From Eledone cirrhosa (Eukaryota), in contig OZ024740.1 of NCBI GenBank assembly GCA_964016885.1, positions 90,892,001 to 90,956,000 of the forward strand: a stretch of DNA of 64,000 nucleotides, given 5' to 3'. Under the pieces are notes generated by a model. That model searched no databases and was not told where the DNA came from. It worked only from the letters and a program-made list of their open reading frames with translations. This document shows positions 53,511-64,000 of the stretch, one piece after another (position 1 is the first letter of the stretch; every line of letters starts with the position of its first letter). The position numbers were made by a program, and so were the translations under genes.

Positions 53511-54675
53511 CTAAATATATATATATATATACATATACATATATGTGTGTGTTACATGGTTGGAAAAGAGTCTTACAATTCCATACGCTATTCTTTATCA
53601 GGAAATATATTGAGAAATTAAGAAATAGAAAGTGAGATGAGAGTGAGCATTGGTGGCAGAAAAGAAACATTTCTCCGAGAAAACATTAGGTCTATTCCGG
53701 ATGCCATCTTTCGGAAATAAGTAATATTAAGCATATGAAGGTCAGTTACTCGATTTCTAAAAGATTTTCACCGGAGGCGTCTATATTGTGCTGAAGTGGA
53801 ACAAAAATATTTTGTATATAGATTGCACTAGCTGTGAGAAAGGGTATAATAATGTATGTATATGATTTGTTTGTACGTACAAACTATGAGGATACCTACA
53901 CACATACACTCCGACACACGCACATGCATATATATATATATATATATATATATAAACAGGGAGAAAAAGACGATTATTAGGAATAGACATTTTTTTTTCC
54001 CATTTTATTTATTTTCTCTTTTTTCTGGGTTAGAAAATGATTAAAGCGAAATATTTTACTTTGTGTGAAGTGTTAAGGTATTAGTTGATTTATTTATTAA
54101 TTAACAATGGCATTTATTTATTTATTTATATATTTAATAATTGTCTATTACCGGTTTCAGCATTTTGATGCATTATGAAATGATAATAATATGTATTGGT
54201 GTAGAAAGGTGGTGTTGAACATGTTAAGGAAATGGTGCAGAAGGAATAATGTTATGTACAAACAAGTTTTATGAAGTGAAAAAAAAAAAAAAAGGGGGGA
54301 ATAATGTGGAGCATAATTAGTCAATGCGAAAGAAAGAGTAATGTTATTTACAGGCATAGTTCTTGAAGATAAGCAGATCAAAATGTGTTAATATAGCAAG
54401 AGTGCTTAGTTAATCCATGATGGAAGCAAATGGTGGACTGAGGTTTGATATTATTTCCATTTTTAGAGAGTTAATATGCAGGGGGAAGTAATTCATGCTG
54501 GATGATATTTAATTTATTTAAGAAAAGGATTAGGTAGGGTGAAAGAGAGATGACACTTTAGATAGACATAGGTATTTGTAAATATTTGATTGTTCGTTCC
54601 AGTTTTAGTTTAGTCCGAATCTTAAGTAGAGGTTGGAATTTGTTAATATATATATATATATATATATGTGTGTGT

Positions 54676-54713
<38 letters not shown>

Positions 54714-54754
54714 GCAGTGCCCGATCTCTCGAATTTTAAGCGCAGAGAATAGGA

Positions 54755-54840
54755 AAAAGATGTTGCACTCGGTCGGTCTGGGGAATTGAACGTCTGATTT
54801 CCCAGATTCTAGCTGAGTGCTTTTCATCATAAAGCTAAGA
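54755..54840 (-). mobile_element. Degenerate tRNA-like SINE head
   Basis: TAGCTTTATGATG (A-box-like) and GTTCAATTCC (B-box-like) on -. Confidence 0.4.
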
Positions 54841-54944
54841 GAATAACCCACCTCTTCGTTGTCTTAAATAGATAGCTTTAAGGTGTCAACTGGCAGTTAT
54901 ACAGACTAAGGGACGATATGCTTTGACACGGTCATTTTGCTTTG

Positions 54945-54979
<35 letters not shown>

Positions 54980-55008
54980 ATTTGTGTGTGTGTGTGTGTG
55001 TCTTTGTC

Positions 55009-55050
<42 letters not shown>

Positions 55051-55056
55051 TTTGTC

Positions 55057-55104
<48 letters not shown>

Positions 55105-56954
55105 TGCAATTCGTTGAAAACATAGAGACATGATCTCGGAAGATTTTCAAGATGTACCTGATTAAGAAAAATGAAAACGGAATTTAATTGATATCTAGGA
55201 AATTGACTATATTACCGGATATCATGAATACAAAGACGGAAATGTAACCTTCAGGCTTAGAGAAATTTGAATTTGAACAGTATATTGCAACAATTTATTG
55301 AGCCTTGTGAGGCATTTGATGTAAAAGTACAATCTACACATAGATTCAGAGTTACGTATTGGTAATTAGAAGCATGACTCCATGTTGACAACAGAAAAAA
55401 AACTTGGATTTCTGCCCCAAGTAATGGCATTATATTTCCTTTAGGAACCAAATTTACTTGATATACCCGGCCGAAACAAATGTGTGTTTTCTCACTAAAT
55501 ACATTCTTGGTCATCTCTATATCACACAACAACCATAAACTTTACATACTTACAAACACATGAACAGAATCTTCATATTTATATTCATGTTCTTTGATAT
55601 ATGTATTTATTGCAATGTATTTATTGTGTGTTTCAGTTCATATGTGCCAGCTTAAATGTGATAAAATGTTTTGAACTGACTTATCTAATGCAACAAATCG
55701 GAAGATAATTTATAGTAATGTCAATATCTTGCAAACACTTTAAATACCAATATACATTTAACTACCCATTTAGTATAAAGGTAAAGGTGAGTTAGAAAGT
55801 TGGAAAATTAATAAAGCATAACGAACAAACCACAGCCAAATTACCTGTCAAAATATCTCACAAGTGCAAAATTTCTCAAAGCGTAAGCCAATCCTGCAGT
55901 AACCGATTGTTCAATTGTTTACACAAAGGGGAGGCCGTCTACCTACATGAAATACGTGATATAAATACAATATAGCCTCCACAAATTGGAAATATAGAAC
56001 AAATAGGTGGGCGAAATATTTCCAATTTAAAATGATTTCTACTTTATAATTTAGAAGCTGCCATTACTGAACTTCAAATAAATATTATGCGCAAATAAAT
56101 GAAATGCGCATAAATATTTAGAGATTGTAATTCACTAAAAAGTCTCAAGCAATGATCATTGGTTTCTACTATAGTATTACATTTTAAAGAAAGTTTATTT
56201 ACAGAAAGATCTAAGAATAGCGAAGAAACGGTGAAAACAAGTTAAATTGTTTTATTTCCCCCTGATAAACGGAGTTTGATATGAGTCATATTATGTGCAT
56301 ATAAACTCTTTAATAATATATAGAGTATTTGTGATCATTTTGGTTGATCTTGTTTTATTACCCATACTGAGACCAGACATCACATATTTTTCAATAGAAA
56401 CATAGCCATGCATTCTCTAGCACAATCAAATTAACACAAATATAGTTTCATAATTAATCTGAAATTTACGATCAATGGAGATGTTGGAAATATTTGAAAC
56501 GTAACGGTCCTCAGATTTATTTATACGTTTAGCACGTAAAAATTAAAATTAATTACATATATACCTGGAAATATTAAGTAAAATAGTGCCAAAATTTTAC
56601 ACCGAATGACACGATAAGAGCAACAATTATTTTAGTCGGACGCAGTGGGTAAAATTATCTTCGTGACAAGAAAAATATATGTAATTCAGTGACCTACGAT
56701 ACAGAAATTACAAACTTAGGTGATATATATACAGCCATTACATCCTTAACGTTGGATACACTATAAACCAAAGATAATATAATTGATTTAAAAAAAAAAT
56801 AAGTGATTGATATGCTTTACAATTAGTAAGTAATACGCTAATAAATTGACAGAATTTATGTTAGAAATTTCTCGAAGTTTTTCAAATGTTTATAGACTTT
56901 GATGTTTTAACTATTGGAACATGTTATAAATTAAAATAATCACTTGCTGTTGTG

Positions 56955-57350
56955 TCTAACACTTACGCTTGACATTAATGTTGAGAGACCATCTTTCATC
57001 ACCGGTGAAAATGGAACGTAAAACATTAGTTGAGCGGTGATAGAACAGCATATTGTTTACATTTGCCGCACACAATTCTCGATTACAATCAAGCAGATTG
57101 TAAGGCACCAATTGGTCCAGCATGATATCTTCCCTAGTAAGAGACGTCACGTATCTCGTGGGTTGTCTTCCAACACCTCACGCAGTCGCACGTCATTGAC
57201 ATCGAAAAGATGCTCTGCGCGGGGTCGAGCCTCGTGAGTACAGTCACCGGAGCGGAAGCGTTCAAAGCTTTCTCTGGCACAGCGTTCCGACATCATCTGT
57301 GATTCAGAAAAATTGATAACGTGATGACGATGCTGCTGCATATAAAAGCA
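56955..57350 (-). pseudogene. Mariner transposase fragment
   Basis: FERFRSGD...E.RPR (HTH linker), VLEDNPR.T, LVPYNL (WVPHEL-like), IFTGDERW...N.KRK. Confidence 0.85.
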
Positions 57351-57367
57351 CACACACCCTCACGCAC

Positions 57368-57398
<31 letters not shown>

Positions 57399-57592
57399 GG
57401 AACTTGTAGGACCCCGACGGCTGAGCTCAAGCCGTTTAGACGGGTAATTCTTAATCCAGAATTAGTCGTCGAAACGGCTTGACCTCAGCCGTCGGGGTCC
57501 TACTCGTTCCTATTACCCACTCTATTACCCTAAGTATTGAGTACTTTGGTGCGTTATGGTCCAACTGGTTCCTTACTACATTTCTTTCGTTA

Positions 57593-57595
<3 letters not shown>
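57399..57595 (+). mobile_element. Fold-back fragment of an HHR-bearing element (112-nt hairpin 57399-57510)
   Basis: Near-perfect hairpin; the right arm holds an HHR 3' half: stem II, GAA-ACGGCT tgacctc AGCCGT-C-GGGG. Confidence 0.7.
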
Positions 57596-57628
<33 letters not shown>

Positions 57629-57630
<2 letters not shown>

Positions 57631-58578
57631 TAATTATCTCCAAATTATTTTGTTGAGCAAACATTTGCCAAAACTGCTACTATAGTTCATAGTAATGGTT
57701 CCGCTGCTGTCTTCTTAACACACAACTCCTCACTGATTAACCTCGATGTCACGTGATTGATTCTTTTGAATTTGCCACCGACCGAGTAGGCAGTGATTTT
57801 TTCAATGTCTTGGAACTTAGTCCACGCTTTGCTTTTTTCCATCCACTGAATTATTTTTGTATCAGTTCCCTGTGTCCACGCATTGCCTGGAAAATTAGCT
57901 GAGAATAGACTTCCCTGGTGACAAAAGGATTTCTCCGTGTGTTTCTTCGGAAACCATGTTTATTCCCTTTAAGAAACTAATTAGTTGGAGTGAAATTTTA
58001 GTAATTAAGTTAATTTTTATAATTTTCTTATTTTACGTCTTTCATATTATTGTTCTGCATCCCCTTGTATTGAACCACAGAGTTACTAAGACAAAACCTA
58101 TATATTTGCTAGCATAGGTATGAATCTGTATACATATGTTAGTAGATATACTAATTCTTTATAATTATCTCCAAATTATTTTGTTGAGCAAACATTTGCC
58201 AAAACTGATACTATAATTCATAGTAATGGTTCTGCTGCTGTCTTCTTAACACACCACTCCTCACAGATTAACCTCGATGCAACGTGATTGATTCTTTTGA
58301 ATTTGCCACCGACCGAGTAGGCAGTGATTTCTTCAATGTCTTGGAACTTAGTCCACGATTTGCTTTTTTCCATCCACTGAACTATTTTTGTATATGTTCC
58401 CTGTATCCACACATTGCCTGGAAACTTAGCTGAGAATAGACTTCCCTGATGACGAAAGGATTTCCACGTGCGTTTCTTCGGAAAGCATGTTTATTCCCTT
58501 TCAGAAACTAATTAGTTGGAGTGAAATATTAGTATGTAAGTTAATTTTTATAATTTTTTATATTAAGTCTTTCATATA
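57629..58578 (+). mobile_element. Non-autonomous HHR element: ~420-bp direct repeats 531 bp apart
   Basis: 57629-58047 matches 58160-58578; HHR in each; (TA)n flanks. Confidence 0.85.
58440..58522 (+). ncRNA. Type-I hammerhead, extended stem II (copy 57909-57992 has the mutated core CTGGTGA)
   Basis: ACTTCC-CTGATGA-..AAAGGA..CACGTG..TTTC ttcg GAAA..CATGT..TCCCTT..-GAA-ACTAATTAGT-T-GGAGT. Confidence 0.82.
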
Positions 58579-58617
<39 letters not shown>

Positions 58618-58621
<4 letters not shown>

Positions 58622-58682
58622 ATACTTTGGGAGGGTCATGTTGCCAATAAGAAACACACGTGACCCTCCCAAAGTATAAACA
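58618..58682. repeat. 20-bp-stem hairpin between (TA)n blocks
   Basis: TATACTTTGGGAGGGTCATG ... CGTGACCCTCCCAAAGTATA. Confidence 0.8.
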
Positions 58683-59309
58683 TATCGGTTTCAACACACG
58701 ATTTCAGATAAAGAATATTGCTAAACAAATTCAGAAACGAAATATATATATATAATTATAATTATATACATAACATTTTATATATTTTGTCGGAATGTAG
58801 TTGTAAACTTACTCTGTTGTGAACATATTATAAGTCATAGCAAATATCATATTGTTTAAATGTTAAGCAACCAAGACACTTGCTATAGATTCTGGAACTG
58901 TGAATGATCTTCTAGTTCAACAAAAAAGTGCTTATACCTCAACGTATCGATAAGTTGATAAGCTAAACAACAGTAAGTCACGGAAAGTGAAATATCCCAT
59001 CAACTGATAAGCTAGAACTTAATGCGAAGTAATATATTGTGAAACATAATAATCTCTACATTCAGAAAATGTGTATAAAGTAAACTAAGAGTAGTGCAAA
59101 TTATAAGTTGAATTTGCACCTGAAAACATACTTAAACAGAAGTAATCCGATAGGAAAGAATACTAATGTAACTTCATTGAAAATATCTAGGGATTATAAG
59201 ACTTGTATGTATATATGTGTGGGGTTCTTTTGCGCATGTATATATATGTATATTTGCTTTACAGTTAGAGAATCACTTATAGAATCGCTTACATATATAA
59301 ACATATATG

Positions 59310-59364
<55 letters not shown>

Positions 59365-59365
59365 A

Positions 59366-59428
<63 letters not shown>

Positions 59429-59450
59429 CATATGTATGTATGTATGTATT

Positions 59451-59484
<34 letters not shown>

Positions 59485-59486
<2 letters not shown>

Positions 59487-61176
59487 TTTGTTAGTTCACC
59501 ACTTGATAGAACTGGGCATTCCGTATGGTCAATCCTGGAGTAATATGGTGAAGAGTACTCAACGCAGTGCAGTTCACCCATCTTCGTGTGTGTAGTTGGT
59601 GGTGCGAATACGGAGTTAATTATAAATAAAATAAAATAACAGGAGGCTGGACTGGTGTAAATCCTTGAAAGGTTTATTATACTATGATCATTTCAATGAC
59701 CAGGTTCCATATGAATCCGATGATATCATCAGACATTGGAATATAACAAAGGAATATGTAAAAAAATTGGGTCCGAAAAATCAGGGACAGAGACAAAGAG
59801 GACGACTGACCAACTAGCTGCTCGGCAAGTCGCCCTCAAAGTGTTGGCAACTGAATCTACTAATGAACATCTGGTGAGGGGGAATTTTTATGAATGTATT
59901 CTATCTTTATATTTGCATTTTATCTTTGTATGCTCCTTTTATTATTTTTTGTAACTTTCCCTACTCTGGTCATTATGCACCTTTCATAACTCCTACCCAC
60001 CTAAGAACCACACCACTTATAACCCTGACTAACTGGGACTTAAAAATAATTTTAGTCTATTTGCACTTTTCATTGGGTTGCTATCTTCGACTTGTGTGGT
60101 TGCTATTCACGGCTGCGTACTGGGCACTCGGAAAGTTCAGCCTTCCTTGAGTGCTCACAAAAATAAATTTCTCCTCTTTCGGTAAACGAAATTACTCGGA
60201 GCGGATTGCTTTGCCTCGGTCCCACCGCGCCGCATGTTTTGGCCGCCATATTATACTTATACCGATAAACTGCAGGTTTAGGCATAACTATTAGCTGTAT
60301 CATGCCTCTGCTGGCACGTAAATAAAGCCCTCATGTATGATTTAATAGTATTCGTTTGCTATAGACGATGGCATGTCGAAATTGTGGAGTTCCCGCTAAC
60401 GCTCCCGGGGCCTGGGGCAGCTACGTTCCTAGAGTACTCGGAAAAATTAATTTCCATTTCTTTCGCTGGACGATACCATTCGAGACTGGCTGACTCATGT
60501 CGGAGGGGGGGGGGGGGACTGGGACTCCGAATCGAAATCTTTACTCTATATCGCATCCTAATATCTTATCGAGATAATTCTTTTCATATAATACTCTCTC
60601 CGTAAGTTCATTAAATAAACAAATCTCGGTATCTTAACCTATAATTCTCTAATAACCTATTTTTCAAAGTATCATTTTGCAATTTAATATTTTTAATTTA
60701 ATTTAATCTCATTCTATAACTCGCAACATAAGTTTAACGTTCGAATCTTCGGTTCACACATTAGACCATACATACACCCATTATAGATTCTTTGGAATAG
60801 CATTATTTCGCAGAATTTTCTAGCATGAATGTAGTGTGACCCTTACACTGACTTCTTTCTCCCTTTCTTTCTTTCTTCCCCTTTTTCTTTGACGGAGAGG
60901 TGGTAGTTATAAACCTTCGCCCCCTCACCATATGTTCATTAGTAGATTCAGTTGCCACCATTTTGAGGGCGACTGGCCGAGCAGCTAGTTGGTCAGTCGT
61001 CCTCTTTGTCTCTGTCCCTGATTTTTCGGACCCATGGTTTTTTACCTATTCCTTTGTTATATTCCAATACCTGATGATATCACCGGATTCGTATGGAACC
61101 CGGTCATTGAAATGATGATAGTATAATAAACCTTTCAAGGATTTACACCAGTCCAGCCTCCTGTTATTTTATTTTA
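59485..61176. mobile_element. Inverted pair of non-coding PLE-type 3' ends
   Basis: ~59623-59885 is a diverged reverse complement of ~60920-61176; HHR plus AATAAA in each arm; (TA)n flanks. Confidence 0.85.
61067..61124 (+). ncRNA. Type-I hammerhead (mirror 59679-59736 on -)
   Basis: ATAC-CTGATGA-T-stem II-T-GAA-ATGAT(G/C)AT-A-GTAT-AATAAA; the - copy has the perfect palindrome ATGATCAT. Confidence 0.82.
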
Positions 61177-61235
<59 letters not shown>

Positions 61236-63153
61236 ATATATATATAAATATATGAAGTGACTGAGAGAAAGTGTATGTGTGTGTGTGCGTGTATGTGTGT
61301 GTGAGAGAGAAATAGCGAGAGAGAGATAGAGAGGTAGATAGAAAGAGAGAGAGTGAGAAACAGGCAGAGATAGTGAGAAAGAGAGACATTTATTGGGAGA
61401 GAAATATGTTAGAGATAAAGTGAAAGACAACAGAGAAGATGTGGCTAATTTACTGAATCTTTCGCTTCGTAATCAGTTAACCACTATTTAAGCGAGCTAT
61501 TATTATTGCATATCGATTTTTGTTTAAATAAAATCAGGTTGTGGAGAAGGAAATGCCCGCTTGTTCTGGTGTGCTGAACTATTCCATTGTGCCTTTCGTC
61601 CAGCACGAGATAGAATATGAAATACGGAGAAGAAATTTTAGTACTGACATGGGATCAAAGTCCCACTAATGAGAACGAGATACCAATATTTTCGTTGAGT
61701 CTACGTTCTTAAGAATAGATTGAATATAAAGTAAAATAGAAGAACATGGTCGAGTATGTTAATATAATGAGAAGATCGTACACTGAATCGGAAACCTTCA
61801 TGTTCATAACCTAAATTGTCTTTGTATTTGAGACGAGAACACAATATTATCTGTATGCAAAAGTCTATAATAAATGTTTACAATATCACTCTCACCTTTT
61901 ATGTATTTTCCTGATACTCTATATTCATTTCATTAACATTGTACATTTACACTCTCTATGCATTAGGAAGCTGTATTCTAAAGTATACATGTATATGCGT
62001 TAGTAAGATAAAATTAATTCCCGCAAACATTAGTATGATTTCTATTAATTTATTTAATTATTTTATAATTGTTCCTCTGATAATGATATATTATACGTAA
62101 AACATAGCCTTTCTCGTTACATATTTGAAAGTATTATGTTTGTAACTGAGGCTGGCAAAGATGTTATTTAACAGAGCGACATATTTGTTTCAAAATGTCT
62201 GTTCGTGTGTGTCTGCGCGTGTTTATGTATGTGTATGTGGGTGTTTTATGTATGTGTGTGTATGTGTGTGTGTGTGTGTTTATGTATGTGTGTGTATATA
62301 TGTATGTGTGGATTTATGTGTTTATGTATGTGTGTGTGGGGGTGTGTGTGTGGGTGTGTGTGTGATGGTATGTATGCATGTGTGGCTGGGTGTGTGTGTG
62401 TATGTGCGTGTATGTGTGTGTTTGTCTGTGTGTGCTCTGTAATAGTTAAGAAAGCTAGATATTCAATAGTGAAATACTGCGAATTTTCAGATATTAATTG
62501 GTCTTGATTTACTAACTTCGCTTGCAGTGTCATCGTTAAAAAATGATCACACATTCTGCAGATTGTTTGTTGGATTGCATAATAAATGCTAACAATGAAG
62601 CTAAGTATTTTAAAGAAATAATATTTGTATTGATCGTGGTTAAAATGCTAACATTCGACATAATTTACATATTTGAATCAGGTTTTCTAATTCCCTACTA
62701 GAACACAATAGTAATTATTGTTTAGTTATTGCATCTTAAATAAACTTGATATATCATGCTTGCTAAACACTATCACGCAAATAAGTTTTCTTCTTAGTTT
62801 ATTAGATATGTAAGATACTGGAATATGTAATACCTCTGAATTGTCCAGAAGATCAAAATATTTAATATATTATTTTCAGGTAGTGGTTTGTGTATTGTTT
62901 CGATCTTATAATTCAGCGTTGCGATGCTCAGAACTTTGGTTATTGCATATGTATAACCATGTATTTGAGCAAAAAAAAAAATGTTTCTACATTTAGCACA
63001 AGGCCAACAATTTGAAGGGAGCGAGAAAGTCGATTAAATTGATACTAGTGTGTTACTTTATTTCATGGACTCCTTAAGAAACAAACGCCAAGCTAACACA
63101 TGTGAACTCAGAATGTAAAGCGCAGTAACTCTATGCAGCAAAGCGTAGTATAG

Positions 63154-63336
63154 TAATAATCGTTTCTACTTTAGGGATAAGGCCAGCAAAAACCCAGTAC
63201 ATTACTGGTACTTTATTTTATCGACTCCGTAAGGATGAAAGGCAAAGTTAACCTCAGCGGGATTTGAACTTAGACTGTAAAGGGACTTAACTATGCTACA
63301 GAGCATGGCGTCCACCCCTCTACCGATACTGCCAAT
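63154..63336 (-). mobile_element. tRNA-derived SINE copy, within a cluster of older degenerate copies (~62990-63640)
   Basis: Reverse complement of the 45577 SINE. Confidence 0.85.
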
Positions 63337-64000
63337 GATTTTGGATTTAAGCACAATTCCAACAATTTCTGGGGGGGGGGGTGTTGATTGAATGAACGCC
63401 GGTGAGTTACTGGTAATTTATTTCGTCAACCTGCAAGGGTGGAAAACAATCGTAACGTCAGCAGGATTTGCATTTTGAGTGCATGGTGTTAGAAAGTTTG
63501 TATATTATGTAATAGTTTCTGATGTAGGTACGAGGCAAATCTTTTGGGTGATGTGAAAATCTATTCAATCGATCGCAGTTCGTTACTTGTACTTCATTTT
63601 ACCAAACCTGTAAGGATTAACATCAAATCTAACGATGGGAATTTTATATATTATTAAATATATCAGTTTTAAGTGAAATAGAAATAAATTGTAACTTGAA
63701 TTTAATATTGCAATACATATTTCATTTATAAATCGATACAGTTGTGCATAATCACATATCAACTTACCTCATAGATTTGATGGTAAGATATGATGAGGCA
63801 ACCCGAGCGCGGAGAACAGATTGCTAATCATAAGGAATTATTAGCCACATTCTCTGCACCCAAATGTGACATTCTGGTATGGAACACCCCAAATTATATA
63901 GTTTACATACCAAGTCGGCTAGAAGGGGGTTTACATTGTCCAATGCTTCTAAATGTCAAGCAAGTAAATGCTCGTGTCCCTTAGTGTAATCTATCAACAT

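Overview
AT-rich, microsatellite-dense animal genomic DNA; the tRNA-derived SINE resembles the octopus OK/Nin-domain type, so a cephalopod origin is inferred. I can support no host protein-coding gene. Positions ~3-30 kb and ~57-61 kb are nested islands of Penelope-like elements (PLEs) inserted into (TA)n. They include one intact 768-aa Naiad-type RT/GIY-YIG ORF (11830-14136), truncated and inverted copies, a second decayed Naiad-type family, and many non-coding derivatives. Reading both strands by eye gives about 30 type-I hammerhead ribozyme (HHR) motifs in about 12 sequence families. The highlight is a retrozyme-like tandem array of ~480-bp monomers with one minimal HHR each (19951-23243). 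Other notable HHR features are family-specific palindromic stem III sequences, very long stem II insertions and atypical cores. Positions 30-57 kb hold two Tx1/L1-type LINEs, two R4/Dong-type RLE LINEs in (TAA)n, SINEs, a non-autonomous Helitron, a non-autonomous Gypsy-type LTR element with a tRNA-Trp PBS, and a mariner fragment. All structures were derived by manual pairing, not computed; boundaries are approximate to a few bases.
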